From Mobula birostris (lineage: Eukaryota): a stretch of 64,000 nucleotides of DNA. Of the stretch, positions 27,146-40,429 are shown piece by piece. Both the position numbers and the translations under genes were made by a program. Location: contig NC_092394.1 in NCBI RefSeq assembly GCF_030028105.1, positions 51,314,477 through 51,378,476 of the forward strand, given 5' to 3'. How positions within the stretch are numbered: position 1 is the first letter of the stretch; each line of letters begins with the position of its first letter. The notes under the pieces are model-generated. The model was not told where the DNA came from, did not search any database, and was given only the letters and a program-made list of their open reading frames with translations.

Positions 27146-27929
27146 TTACTGCATTACCCCTGGCACCATCAGAGAAGGTCCTGAGAGTGAACTCCAGCAA
27201 AGTGTTGTAAGACTTTGGCTGAGACGAACATTTCATTCATTTCTCCTGGAGGCATGTTAAATATTAAAAGAAGAAAGACAAACGTTACCAATCATGTTAC
27301 ACAATTCATAAACTCAGGACACATAAACCAGTTAAATATTGTGAAGTGTTGCTGTTGCAGGAAATCATGTTTTTACTGACTGGATTTTGCCTGCGTTTTC
27401 ACTTGGTATTTGGAAGTGGAATTATTACTGTGCCATTAAGCTGCTCCATTGCTGGCAGGAACTGTTGGCTCCCTGCATTCTGGCTGTTCTGTGTTACAAA
27501 ACCACGTTGTACTAACCGCTAAACTGGATACCCAACGTTTAGCAATTCCAGTGCTGTGCAAGGATATTCTTTTAACATGCACCATGAAAGTTGCAGGAGT
27601 TTCATACCGAGGCATTCCTTAAAAATAAACAGTAAGATTTTGACTGCATAAATCAAAGGTATTCAAAACGCGGTTGGCTAAGCCATGGCTTTAACCATAT
27701 GGAAGTGAATGATTTCGGAAAATCTAATTATAATCCTGAAGGGCTGAATTTCATACTCTTTTCCCTATAATTTCCTTTCTGTTTTGAAATGAATTTGGTG
27801 GAGTATTTAAATAACAGGGATGCACACAGACTGAAGGAAATTAGAAGGTCATCTCCCATAAATATTACAGGTGAGGTATTGTGGATAAGTGTTCTTGCTT
27901 TCTAGGCGTGTCAGGGCCAGGTGCCTGAT

Positions 27930-28830
27930 GTGCTATGGCACCTGCCGTAAAGTGGTACTGTCCAACATGGCAGGAATGGAGTTGCTAATATGTGCCATTA
28001 CCAGTACTTCATGGTGATTGACATCAGTCGTTGTTTAGTTCTGAAGGTGTGGAGTTCTTTGGCGCGGGGATGATGGGGGCTGATTTGAAGCATATGGGGA
28101 TGGCAGCCTGGATGAGTGATGTGTTGAAGGTGTCGGTGAGCTGGCTTACGGGGGGTTGACACTCTGTCGAGCCCTTCTTACGTCCGTTGCTATTACAGAC
28201 TGTGGTCGCTCACCTTGTGGAGGGGTGGCTTTCATGCCGGCATTGTGTAGCATGCCTGAAAGCTTCGTACAGCTTGCCTGAAAGCATGCCTAAAAGTTGT
28301 TCGGAGTGTCAGGGAGGGAGGCGTCTCTGATACAGTTAACGCTGTCTTACCTTGCATAGTCTGTAATGCCCTTGATACCCGGGCACATATGCCGGGGATT
28401 GTTATCGGACAGGTGTTCATGAATTTTTTTGGGCATGGGAGTCTAGGCCCTCTTGATGCCTAAGATGAGGTTTCTCCTGTCTGCACCGGGAGCTGTTCTG
28501 CTACCAGACCTGAAGGCAGTGTCCCAGGCTTTTAGCAGGGAGTGTATGTCAGTGTTCAGCCAGGGCTTCTGGTTGGGCTGTGAGATGACTGTTCTTGAGC
28601 TACCAACATCATCTACGCACCTACTGACGTAACCAGTGACAAATGAGGCATATTCCTCGAGGTCTGAGTCTTCCCTGTTTGTGGCGGCCTCCTTGAACCT
28701 CTGCCAGTTAATCCATTTAAAACAGCCCTGAAGCTTAGGGGTTGCCTCATTAGGCCGAACAGTGATGGCCCCTTGACTGGTTTCTCCGTTTTCAGCAGAG
28801 GTTGGCATGCTGGAATTAATATTATGAAGG
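27930..28830 (-). mobile_element. Rex1-like LINE, inverted upstream segment
   Basis: LQGCFKWINW...PNQKPWLN...TAFRSG, continuing leftward to TFNTSLIQAAIPICFKSAPIIP. Confidence 0.8.
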
Positions 28831-28834
28831 TGTG

Positions 28835-29915
28835 GTCAGAGAGGCCACATTTTACACCACTGTGCAGCTGGATGTTGGACTTCCTAACCAACAGGCCTCA
28901 GAGAGTCAGGATGCACAAACATTCCTCCCTCCCCATCATCCTCACCCCCAGGGCTGTGTGCTGAGACCATTGCTGTACACTCTGCTCACACATGATGCAC
29001 GGCCAAACACCCACGTAGTCACGTTGTCAGGTTCGCTGATGACATCACAGTGGTGGGGCTCATCACCAACGTCGGAGAGATGGCCTACAAAGAGGAGGTG
29101 GAAGAGCTCAAGGCTCAGTAACAGGTGAGTAATCTCTTCCTCAATGTCAACAAGACAACTTGCAGCATTCATACCTCTCGTTACATTGGTGGCACAGCAG
29201 TTTCAAACTCCTGGGAGTGCACATGCCTCATGGTCCCAGAAGACATGATACACAATCAGGAAAGCTTCCCACCCCTTTACTTTCTGAGGCTGAAGAGAGC
29301 TAGACTATGCACATCCATACTCACGTCATTCTACAGATATGCGTTAGAGAGCATCCCATCCTAACAAGTTGCATCACTGCATGGTATGGAAACTTTACTG
29401 CGGCAGACAGGAAGGCTAATCGAGTAATCTAACGGGTAATCAAAATTATCCAATGCATCACCAGCACCACCCTACCCAACATCAAGGACATCTATACATA
29501 CAGAAGGGTGCCAGAAAAGGGCTAGTAACATCATAAAGGATCCCACCCACCCTGCTCATGGACTGTTTGTCCCACTCTCATTAGGGACAATCCTAACAGG
29601 ACCACCAGACTCAAGGCCAGCTACTTTCCCCAAGCAGTAAGGCTGATCAACACCTCCACCCACTAACCCACCCCTCCACACTGCCAACCACCACTAGTTT
29701 ATCATTTCCTGTGCCTAACATCACTTTATGGACATACAATCATTCTATGTACATAAGGTATCTTGTGTAATGTATTTATATTTATTGTGTTTTTATTGTT
29801 TTCTTCATCTTATTGTGGTTTTTTGGGCTGCATCAGATCCAGAGTGACAGGTATGTTATTCCCCTTTACACTTTTTACAAGAAATAACGTTAAACAATAC
29901 TGAGTCTCGAATTTT
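28835..29915 (+). mobile_element. Rex1-like LINE RT and 3' end
   Basis: LCSWMLDFLTNRPQ, PQGCVLRPLLY, RFADD (aggttcgctgatgac) and SYFPQAVRLIN. Confidence 0.85.
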
Positions 29916-30019
29916 GAATCTTGAATGGAGCGAGGATTCGCAGAAAAGCTGCTGCCTAATGAGGCAGTGGGTTCTCAAAGTTCTCGACTTTCTTAGAAGT
30001 TTGCACTGATTTGGCTCAT

Positions 30020-30600
30020 CATCTAAAATTCTGACAAGCTTCTGTAGATGCACAGTGGAGAGTATCCTGACTGCTTACGTCATGGTCTGCTATGGAAGCA
30101 TCAATGCACAAGAATGGAAAAGCCTTCAAAAAGTGATGGATATACAGCCCAGTCCAACACAGGAAAAGCCCTTCCCACCACTGAGCACATCTACAAGGCG
30201 CACTGCCACAGGAAAGCGCCATCCATCAATTACGGAGCCCACCATCCAGATTATTCTCTCTTCTTGTTGCTGCCATCAGGAAGAAGACGCAGGAGCCTTG
30301 GGTCCTGCACCACCAGGTTCCTGACCTAGCGTGGGCATTTTCACTCACCACAACACTGAACACAACCCATGGATTCACTTTCAAGGACTCTACAACTCAG
30401 TTTTATTTACTTGTTTGTTGTTGGTATATTTATTCAGCTTATTTATTATAATTACTTTTTTTGTACAGTTTGTCAGTCTTTGTGGTTTTTCATAGATTCT
30501 GTTGTACTTCTGTAAATGACTGAAGGAGAATGAATCACAGGGCAGTATTTGGTGACAGATGCGGTACATACTTTGATGATACATTTACTTTTGAGCATTT
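30020..30600 (+). mobile_element. Rex1-like 3' fragment
   Basis: ESILTAYVMVCYGS and LLPSGRRRRSL. Confidence 0.75.
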
Positions 30601-31171
30601 TTTTGAACTTCCGTTTATTGGTGGGGTGAGACAATTTTTGTGAGCTTAAGTTTGGGCTTCGGGCCTTCTTTGCTGTGAGCAGAGCCAGCTGGGGGAGGTG
30701 GGGCTGCAGTTCGAATTCAGCCATGCTTCTGTGGGACTGGAGTCACGTATGAACCAGGTGATGTAACAACATGAGCATTTTGGGTTTTAGAACCATCTGA
30801 CAAAGGCATGGTCACAACTGCTGTTGTCACAAAGCCAGCCACTTCTGCTCCCATACCAACAATCAAGCACCTATGCACACAAATATGAAAATTTAATTTT
30901 TATTTTCCTAAGTTATTGTGTGTTAGATGTATGTTATGTGTGCTACTGGGCTTTGCACTCACCCCGAGGTCCAGTGATATATTGTCTCGTTTGGCAGTAT
31001 ATAGTTAAATGACAATAAACTTGACTTCACTTGACTTAATATTGGTGTTGGTTTATTATTGTCATTTACTGAGATATAATGTAAAGCTTTTGTTTGCTTG
31101 TCACCCAGTCAGATCTAGCCATATATAATTACATTGAAGTAGTAAAAAATAATCAGAATGCAGAATATAAT

Positions 31172-34100
31172 GGGGCATCACACAAAATACTGGAGGAACT
31201 CAGCAGGTCAGGCAGCATCTGTGGAGGAAAATGGATAATCAATCTTTCAGGTCGAGGGGAAGGGTGGAGCACCAGCTGGAAGGTTCCAGATGAGGAGGGG
31301 TCGATAGACAGATGAGGGAGGGGAGAGTGGTTCCAGATGAGGAGGGGTCGATAGACAGATGAGGGAGGGGAGAGTGGTTCCAGATGAGGAGGGGTTGATA
31401 GGCAGATGAGGGAGGGGAGAGTGGTTCCAGATGAGGAGGCATTGATAGATGAGGGAGGGGAGAGTGGATCCAGATGAGGAGGGGTTGATAGGCAGATGAG
31501 GGAGGGGAGAGTGGTTCCAGATGAGGAGGGGTCGATAGACAGATGAGGGAGGGGAGAGTGGATCCAGATGAGGAGGGGTCGATAGACAGATGAGGGAGGG
31601 GAGAGTGGATCCAGATGAGGAAGCGTTGATAGGCAGATGAGGGAGGGGAGAGTGGTTCCAGATGAGGAGGGGGTTGATAGACAGATGAGGGAGGGGAGAG
31701 TGGTTCTAGATGAGGAGGGGTCGATAGACAGATGAGGGAGGGGAGAGTGGTTCCAGATGTGGAGGGAGTTGACAGACAGATGAGGGAGGGGCGTGTGGTT
31801 CCAGATGAGGAGGGGTCGATAGATGAGGGAAGGGAGAGTGGTTCCAGATGAGGAGGGGTCGATAGACAGATGAGGGAGGGGAGAGTGGTTCCAGATGAGG
31901 AGGGGTCGATGCCAGTGTGGGAGTGGGAAGTTGCATTAAGATGGGTGACCAACAGGAGATCCTGGCTGGTGCAGCTGATGGAGCAAAGGTACTCCATGAA
32001 GCAACCCCCCAGTGTGTGTTGCGTCTCACCAATGTAGAAGAGGCCACATGGGAGCACTGGATGTGATAAATGATACCAGGAGAATCACATGTGAAGTTCT
32101 GCCTCATCTGGAAGCATTGTTTAGGGCCTTGAATGATGGTGAGGGAGGAGGTGTGGGAGCAGGTGTAATACTTAGCATGACTGAAGGAGTAAGTGCCAGG
32201 AAAAGGGGTGGGATTGCAAAGGGGAACTAACGGATAAGAGAGTTGCAGAGAGAGTGATTCCCGAGGAAAGTGGGGAAGAAGGATGCACCAGGTAGTGGGA
32301 TTCTGTTGGAGGTGATGGAATTTGCAGAGAAAATGTTGGATGTGTTGGCTCATGAGGTGGTAGTGAGGACAATGGGAAGTCCATCCCTGTTATGTTGGGA
32401 GGTTGATGGGGTGAGGACAGATGTAGAGGAAAAAGAAGAGTTGCAGTTGAGGACTGCATTGACAGAAGTGGAGGTAAAGCCTATTTTTTTAATAAAAGAA
32501 TACATATTGGATGTTGTGGAGTGGAAAGTCTTGACACAAGAACAGATGTGGTGGAGACAGAGGAACTGAAAAAAGAAAATGCAAGTGACAAAGTGGGAAG
32601 AGGTGTCGTTAAGGTAAATGTGGGAGTCAGCGGGTTATGCATTACACTGGTGGATAATCTGTCTCCTGAGGTGGAGACAGAGAGATCAAGAAAGAGGAGA
32701 GAGGTGTTGAAGATGGACTAAATGAACTTGAAGGTGGATTGGAAGTTGGTAGTGAGGTTGATGAATATGATGAGCAGGAAACAACATCAACAGCAATGCG
32801 GTCGGCGATGTTGTGGAGGAAGTACCGGGGTAGGTTTGAAATATGGATTGCCCTGTGTAGCTAATGAAAGGGTAGGCATAGCTGGGGTCCATGTGAGCGC
32901 CCCGGCTACATCTTTGGTTTGGAGAAAGTGGGAGGAGCTAAAAGAGAAGTTGTTGACAGTAAGTACAATTTCTGCCAGATGGAAGTTGGTGTTTGTGGAG
33001 TAGAATTAGTTGGGTCTGCTTTTCCCAGAAAGGAACAGAGGAGCTCTGAGACCTTCCTGATGGGGGATAGAGTGTATAAGGTCTGGACACCCATAGTAAA
33101 AATGTGGTGGCCAAGGTCAGGGAACTGAAAGCTGTTGAAGTGTTGGAGAGCATGTGAGGTATGAGCGCTACAAATGGGAAGGGACAAGGTGGAGTCAAGG
33201 TATGAGGAGACCAGCTCTGTTGGACAAGAACAGGCAGAAACAATGGACCCATGTGGTTTTGTTGTGAGGGGGTAGAAATGGAAGTGAGGGCTGAGGAACA
33301 ATGAGGTTGGAGACTGTGGAGAAAGAGCTCCAGAAGTGATGAGGTTGGTGATGGTGTGGGAGATGGTGACCCAATGATCACTGGTGGATTCCCAGTCCAG
33401 AGTAGGTAAGAGGAGATGTCAGAGAGATGCGGTCTGCAAGGAAGAGGTCAGTTTGCCAGACTACAGGGCCAATGCCCCTGACTGTAGGTTTGATGTTGAG
33501 GTTGGGATTGGTGTGGAGAGAGTAAAGACAAGTGTGTTCAGAGGGGGTGAAGATAGGGTGAGTGAGGGGAGAGGCAAAGTCAAGATGGCTAAAGATCTAT
33601 CACCAGAGTGTGCAGTAGGCCAGGGGGATGTGAAGGAGGAAGACAAGGGCTTGAGTTGGGAGAATCCTTGACAAAGAAGCAGGCACAGAAGCATTAGAGG
33701 AACAGCTAGGTGTCATGGTGGGTGCAGAACTCATTGAGGTGCAGAGGATGAAGGTAATGTCCCTGCTGAGGACAGAATGTTTGGCTTTAGAGAGGGTCCA
33801 GTCAAAGTGGAAGGTAAAAACAGAGCAGAGTTTGGAGAAGAGATCAGAGGAAGGCAGGTTGAAGGCCAGTGGGGGCTGAAAGGAGTGAAGGGGGGATAGG
33901 GGTAGGGGGAGGTGTGAGAAACCAAGGATGTGGGGGGAGTTGTGATGGATGAAAAGGAGCATTAGGACCTAATAGTGGCATGAGAGCTCTTGACCAAGAC
34001 GTGACCAGAGCCAAGGTCTGAGCTGGAGGCTGCAGGGCTTCAGCCCAGAAACAGATGAGCTCCTGGTCTCGAGGAAAGAGAAGAGCTGATGGTTGAAAAC

Positions 34101-34462
34101 GTGGATCTGGCGGTGGAAGAATAAGTCAAAGGTGTCTGGCAGAGTGAGGTTCAGAGCTGTGGGTGAGAAAGGGAGATGGCCAGCAGGTGTCTGTGTGTAG
34201 AGGAGAGGCTCACACGTAGAATCTGGCAGGAGGAGTGGAAAAGAAGCCCGTCAATGAGAGGTAGGTACCTGAAATCTTTGCTGGGGCCAACTGAGAGGCC
34301 TGGGAACAGAGCTGGAAGCTACATGGCACAAGATGGCGGCACAGGCAAGTGCTCAGGGAGAACCCAGGGCTGTGGAAGCAGGTCTGGGTGAGCACGTAGT
34401 TGAAGAGCCAGAGAGCATTAGGGAACTCAAGGGGTTGGGGAGCAGTGAGAGGATCTCACATT
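31172..34462 (-). mobile_element. Near-full-length decayed Penelope-like retroelement (RT + GIY-YIG)
   Basis: RT motifs IVSACSCPTELVSSYLD, FTMGVQTLYT and MDPSYA; linker GPKQCFQMRQNFTC; GIIYHIQC...GLFYIGET. It appears inserted into a minus-strand Rex1 tail (31020-31170 and 34463-34755). Confidence 0.88.
31284..31910. repeat. Purine-rich 47-bp minisatellite, about 13 copies
   Basis: Unit ccagatgaggaggggtcgatagacagatgagggaggggagagtggtt. The 47-bp period is seen between 31286 and 31333, with some shorter units. Confidence 0.95.
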
Positions 34463-35589
34463 TATAGTGTTCCAGTTACAGAGAAAGTGCAATAAATTGC
34501 ACGGCAAGGTAGATTGTGAGATCAAAAGTTTGTCTTTTGCCATAAGAGAGGTCCATCCAAGAGTCTTAAAACAATGGGATAGAAGCTTCCCTGAGTCTGG
34601 TGGTTTGCCTTCTCAGACTTTTCCATCCTCTGCCTGATGGAAGGGGGCAGAAAAGTGACTGATTTGGGTTGGAGGGTCCTTGATCATATTGACTACCTTC
34701 CTGAGGCAGTGAGAAATGTAGATGGTGTCGTTGAAGGGGAGGTTGGTTTGTCAATGGTCAAGAGACAGCCGTGTGAGATTGTTTCATCAACAGGCCAATT
34801 CCAGTTTGTCTTGTGTCCACTTTGGCACTGACCATGGTGTAGAAGGCAGCCCGCTGGAAGGTTGTTGCAAAGGTCCAGCGAAGAGTCCAAACCTGAGGGG
34901 GTGCCATCTTACTGATGAAGCCTGCTTGTCGGGTGTCAGTTCCCTGCCCAGATTTGCCCCCTGCAGGTGACCTGCAGAGGACTGTCAAAGTGAGGCAGCT
35001 CCTCAAGGCCTGTCTTCAAATGCTCTGATGTTGCTGGCAGTCAGAGGCTTTTTAACTAGTTTTAAACATCTCTATTAGTGACATTTTTGGGAAAAACTTT
35101 TCAAATCTATCTAAATAATTAAAGGATAAGGAATAATTAGGAAGAATTAATTAGAAACCTATTAAAATGCTAACAATTAATTACAAGTATTAAAATAAGA
35201 TTAAATTAGCCATGCGCTCAGTTTCTTTGACAAATGTTTGTACAGTAGCCCTCCATAGTCTCAAGGTGAGCACCAGGCGAGACCTAATTATCAGGGAGTC
35301 CTCACTCCAACGTGTTGGGTCCAGCGGAGGAGAAGGTACTCAAATGCACCGGCAACTGATGTTCATCTAATCATCGGTATCCACTTTTCAAATTAAGCAT
35401 GTGCATTCAAGACATAAAGTTTAAAATTTAAATCTGAAACAGAATTTTATTACTGTGAAGAAATGGAGAAGTGATATTGGGCCGTTTCCTTCCATCCCGT
35501 CAGCCTGTAATCCAAGGCCCTAACTCTTCTCCCTCTGATCAGAACTCATATTTTTGTAGAGTGCCCCGCAGGGAATACCCTGTAGAAGT

Positions 35590-35915
35590 TTTATGGGATT
35601 AGGAGAGGCATCGATAGAGTAGCTAGCCAGTATCTTTTTAAAAGATACCGGACGAAACGTCTAATGCTTGAGGGCACGCACTTAAAGTGAGAGTGGGCAA
35701 GTTGAAAGGAGAAGTGTGGGGCAAGTTTTCTACACCCGAGACTGGTGGGAGTCTGGAATGCAGAGCCAGGGCTGGTGGAGACAGATACGATAAGAACCTT
35801 AAGAGGAGCCTGAATGTGCGGAGAATAGATGTGGCCCACGTGTAGGCAGAAGGGATTAGTGAAATTAGGTGTCATAGGCTTAATTAGTTTGGCACAACAT
35901 CATGGGCTAAAGTCT
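35590..35915 (+). mobile_element. CR1 3' fragment
   Basis: gaggcatcgatagagt...gggcaagttttctacacc...gtctggaatgc, matching other CR1 3' ends. Confidence 0.75.
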
Positions 35916-36039
35916 TCCTGTCCTGTATCACAGAACCAGGGCCCCGTCCATGACAACCATCACGCACTCACTCACACTGATCTTATTGTATTCTCTCCAC
36001 ATTCCCACAGCTCCCTACTCACCCACAGCTTCCCTTACC

Positions 36040-36240
36040 ATTCACACTCGGGGCAATTCACAGTGGTTAACTGATCTACCAACCGGCCTGCCCTTAGGAT
36101 ATGGGTGGAGGCTGGAGCACCCAGAGAAGCTCATGCAGACAGAGGGAGACCATGCAAACTCCACACAGACAGCACCGGAGGTCGGGATCAAACCTGAGTC
36201 ACTAGATGGTGACCCTACCCACTGCTCCACGGTGCTGCCC
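36040..36240 (-). mobile_element. V-SINE/HE1-like SINE
   Basis: Reverse complement reads ggcagcaccgtggagcagtggg...ggtttgatcccgacctccggtgctgtctgtgtggagtttgca. Confidence 0.75.
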
Positions 36241-37239
36241 ATTCTCTAGATTATTAGTCCCCTCCCAGCCCCAATTATGAAACTTCTCCCGTCTTATCCG
36301 GGGATAAGCAGGGAGCAAATTCAGAAATCGGAGAATCAGGGGTGCAAAGGGGCTTGGGAGTCCCAGAGCAATATTCCCAAAAATTTCCAGGTAGAAGGGA
36401 CATCAAATTCAATGTTCGCATTCCTTTTGAGAGGACTAGAATAGAAAAGCAAGGATGTAGATGCTGAGGCTTTATAAGGTATTGATCAGACTGCACTTAG
36501 AGTACTGTGAGTAATTTTGGACCCACCTTAAAAAAAGATGTGAGGCCTTATATGTGCGAAGAGAAACAGCTTTCTTACACTTTTCATTATTCAGTGATTA
36601 CAGTCGCCCAATATTACAGCACTTCATGATACACACTGTTTACAGTTTCAGCTTATAATGCATTCATCTCTATCCAGAACGCATTCAAGCCCCCGAGGTG
36701 CCTATTGGTCACGCAAATCCCCCATTGTATCCGCAGACATTGTGTGCTGCTTCTTCAGGGACACATGGGCATGGAAGAGGGGCAGGCAATTGGCTCTGGC
36801 AGGATCTTCGACTGCCTTCCGCCCAGACCTGTGAATGGCTCCTCGATCAGGCCCAGGAGCAAACTGACCAGGAGAGCTCCCGAGTGACACACCCCTCCAA
36901 ACTCTGCTCCGGGTAACAGAAGATTGTCAAGCTGAAGTGCGGACAGAACTCGAGAAACAACACCTTTAGACACTCTGAGGCTGCAACCTCTCACTCTCTG
37001 TGCGTGCACAGTACACCATCTCCTCCCGGCTGCAGAAGCAGCAGGCGGCGGGAGATTCCGTAAACTGACTCTCTGTTACACAGCACTGCTCTGTGTGACA
37101 CTTTCTGCCCCAGATCCTCAAGGTAAAGGGGAGAGCTCCACTGGGTCCTTCCTCAATGCCTGATTACAAGACAGAAGGGAAACAGAGTTAATATTTCAGG
37201 GTGAGGAACTGTCATCATATCTGTGAAGGAATCACTGAA

Positions 37240-38745
37240 ACACGCAGCACAGAAATGATCCCTCAGAGTGCACCTCACCTGATACCCATCTTCACGGATC
37301 CCATTTACCTGCATTGGGCCTGTATCTCTCGGATGCTTTTCTACCCAAGTACTCATCCAAGCATCTTTTAACTTAGCATCTGCCTTCCAACCTGCTCTGG
37401 CAATTCATTCCAAATATTCATCATCCTCTGTGTGAAACAGCTCAGACCTCCTTTACATTTCTCGCCTTTCATCTTAAACTTCTGGGCTCCCCTGTCTTGA
37501 GAAAATGACTCCAACTATCTATCCTTGTTATGTCATTCACTATTTTATTAGCTGGTTCCTAAGGTTGTCATAACCGGGGGTGGTAGTTGGGATAAGCTCC
37601 CACTACCTATAAAGTGCTCCAAATGGCGTGCGTCTCTAACAGCCTCTGACAACCAAGTCCAACTCTTGGCCTTCACGTGAGGCTTAGCTACTAGGCCCAG
37701 CGGAACCATTTCTACTGACAAGAGAAAGGGCAAAGGCAGACCACTGGCACCTCAAAACCAGTTGCTTCGGGCAGGTGGGGTTCATCAGCCTTGGATGGCA
37801 GCCCGCCTAGGAGAAGGAAAACTCTGATTTTAAACCTCCACTGCCTTGCGACCTGGGAAAAGCTTCGTGAGTAAACCCCAGGTAGAAATCTGGAGCCAGG
37901 GTCCCTAAGGCAGTTTGATGTTGTTTGCAACTTCACCCTGGCAGCCTCTGTGATGACACTGGTGCCAGGCTGTCTCGGCACTTGCCCTTCTCATGGACTA
38001 CATCAGTGACGTGGAGAGGGGGAACCCGCTGCGTGGGCAACAGCCGGTTCTTCAAATCTTCCCGCCCAGACTTGTGCCCTGGAGAGGACACAGTCCACCA
38101 GAGGCGCAAACCCATGATCCCCTGGGATTGACGGCTGCCTACTACTATTTTATTAGCCCCTGTCAGGTCAGCCCTTGGCCTTCCAAGTTCCAGTGAAAAT
38201 AAACTCACACTGTCAGATTTCTCTTTATTACCACAGAACTCCATTTTAAACAACATTCTGGTGAATCTCTTCTGCATTCTTTTTATTGCTACCACTTCTT
38301 CCTGAAGTGCAGCAACCAGAATAATACATATTACACTAAGTGCAGACTAACCAATATTTTGTACAGCTGCACCATGATGACACAACTCTCGTGCTCATTT
38401 CGTTGGACTATGAATGAAAGTAGATGACATGTTTTTTTTCCACTATTTGCTCCATGTATGTTGCCACTCTTAGACATAGGGTCCCAGACCTTTCTCTGCA
38501 TATTAAAACCCCTTTGGTTTCCCTGCCATTTATTTTAAACGTCCAAACAGAATTTGACTTCCCAATGTGTAATTCCTCATTCCCTGTGGATGATTTTTTT
38601 TTTTGCCATTACTCTGGCCAACTTTCCAGCTGATCTATGTCCTACTGATTCTTAAACAACTTTCTTCAATGTCTATGATCCCACCAATTTTTGTGTCATC
38701 TGCAAACTTACTATTCATACCCCTTACGTTCTTACACAAGTCATT
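37240..38745 (-). mobile_element. Old CR1 fragment interrupted by the 37553-38143 insertion
   Basis: Minus-strand KFADDTK (tgtgtcatctgcaaactt) and RMQKRFTRML. Confidence 0.75.
37553..38143 (+). mobile_element. Short non-autonomous retroposon, probably RTE-derived
   Basis: Perfect 14-bp TSD actattttattagc at 37539-37552 and 38144-38157, and a (tac)n tail. The motif ctaggagaaggaaaactctgattttaaacc is recalled as RTE 5' UTR-like. Confidence 0.8.
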
Positions 38746-38789
38746 TGAAACTGGAATGATCATCTGTTATGAGGTACACTGAAAAGCTT

Positions 38790-39250
38790 ATCAGCACACA
38801 ATAGAAAACATTCTACTGAGGTGGATCACAGCTTTGTATGGCAACTGCTCTACCCAAGAACACAAGAAATTCTAGCTAAGTCCAACATGAAAATTGAACT
38901 CCCTCTATGGACTCTGTCTATACTTACCTCTGCCTCAGGTAACTGGCCAACATAATCAAAAACTGCTTCCACCATCAACATTCTCTCTTTTCCCCTCATC
39001 TTAGTTGGATGATCAGCCATGATCATACTGAATGGTGGTGCAGGCTCGAAGGGCCGAATGGCCTACTCCTGCACCTATTTTCTATGTTTCTATTGGACAG
39101 ATGATACAGAAACTTGAGAGCACATACCACCAGGCTCAAGGACAACTTCTGCCCCACTGTTTTAAGTCTTTTGAATGGATCTCTTGTACAATAAAGATGA
39201 TCTCTTGTTCTTCCAATCTACATTGTCATGACTCTTGCATCCTATTTGTC
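38790..39250 (+). mobile_element. Rex1-like 3' fragment with a CR1 3' tip inserted at ~39003-39092
   Basis: atagaaaacattcta...caccaggctcaaggacaacttctg; the insert reads ggatgatcagccatgat...tttctatgtttctat. Confidence 0.65.
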
Positions 39251-40429
39251 TTTTTTGGTGAACCGTAATCACTGTGAGTGGTTGCTTGTTTGGCTGGGGT
39301 GGTGCAAAGCTTGAAAAGATCTTGGGGCCTCTTGGAACTTTCTGCTGACTGCACTCGAGAGCAGGTGTTTGTTTGGCTGAGGCGGCACAAGCTTTTACAA
39401 AAACTCACGGCCTCTGGAAACTTTTTGCTGACTGCATGTGAGAGCAGGTGTTTGTTTGGCTGAGGCAGCACTAAGTCTTACAAAAGCTCAGGGCCTTCTG
39501 GAACTTTTCACTGGGTTCCATCATAATGATCACAGGCACTTGGAAAGGCCAATAAAAAGAGGCTGAGTGGCCATTGTTGGAGTGGGCAGTGTTAGAGTGG
39601 CCAGGCTTTGGCTCAACAGGCTTGGGATAGCACAGATGAAGGTTCTAAGTAAGTTTCGAGAAAGATTTTTTTCTTTTTATTGGTCTATTAGTACATAGCT
39701 AGTGCACTGAGAATGGATCTAGAGTTAGTGGCATGTGTGAGATGTGGGAACTCTGGGAGAGTTCTAGTCTCCCTAATAACTATATTTGCATGAAGTGCAT
39801 CAAGCTGTAGCTCTACTCAAAGACTGTGTTAGGGAACTGGAACAGTAGCTCGATGACTTTTGGCTCGTAAGGGAGAATGAGGAGGTGATAAATAGGAGCT
39901 ACAGGGAGGTAGTGACCCCTAAGCTGCAAGAGACAGGTACCTGAGCGACTTGCAGGAGAGGGAAAAGGAATAGGCAGCCACTGCAGAGTATCCCCATGGC
40001 CATTCCCCTCAATAATAAGTATACCGCTTTGGATATGTTGGAGGAATGAGCTACTAACTGGGAAGCCATAGTGACTGGGTCCCTGGCTCTGTGGCTCAGT
40101 AAGGAAGGAAGACGAGGAGTGCTGTAGTTAAAGGAGCAGGCAGGAGATTTTGTGGACGTGAAAGAGACACCAAGATGGTAAGTTGCCTCCCAAGTACCAG
40201 AGTCAGGGATGTCTCAGATCGGGTCCATAGTATTCTAAAAGGGGAGGGGGAGCAGTCAAAAAGAAAGGTACATATTGGTACCAATGATATAGGTAGGAAA
40301 AGGGAGGAGGTCGTGAAGAGAGAATATAGGGAGCAGGGTAGAAAGCTGAAAAGGAGGACCTCAGGGTTATAATCTCTGGATTGCTGCCTGTACCATGCAC
40401 CAGTGACGATAAGAATAGAAACCTCTCAC

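Noticed and set aside
31239-32057. 272-aa ORF as a novel protein gene
   Set aside because: It is a Penelope GIY-YIG fragment read through a stop-free minisatellite.
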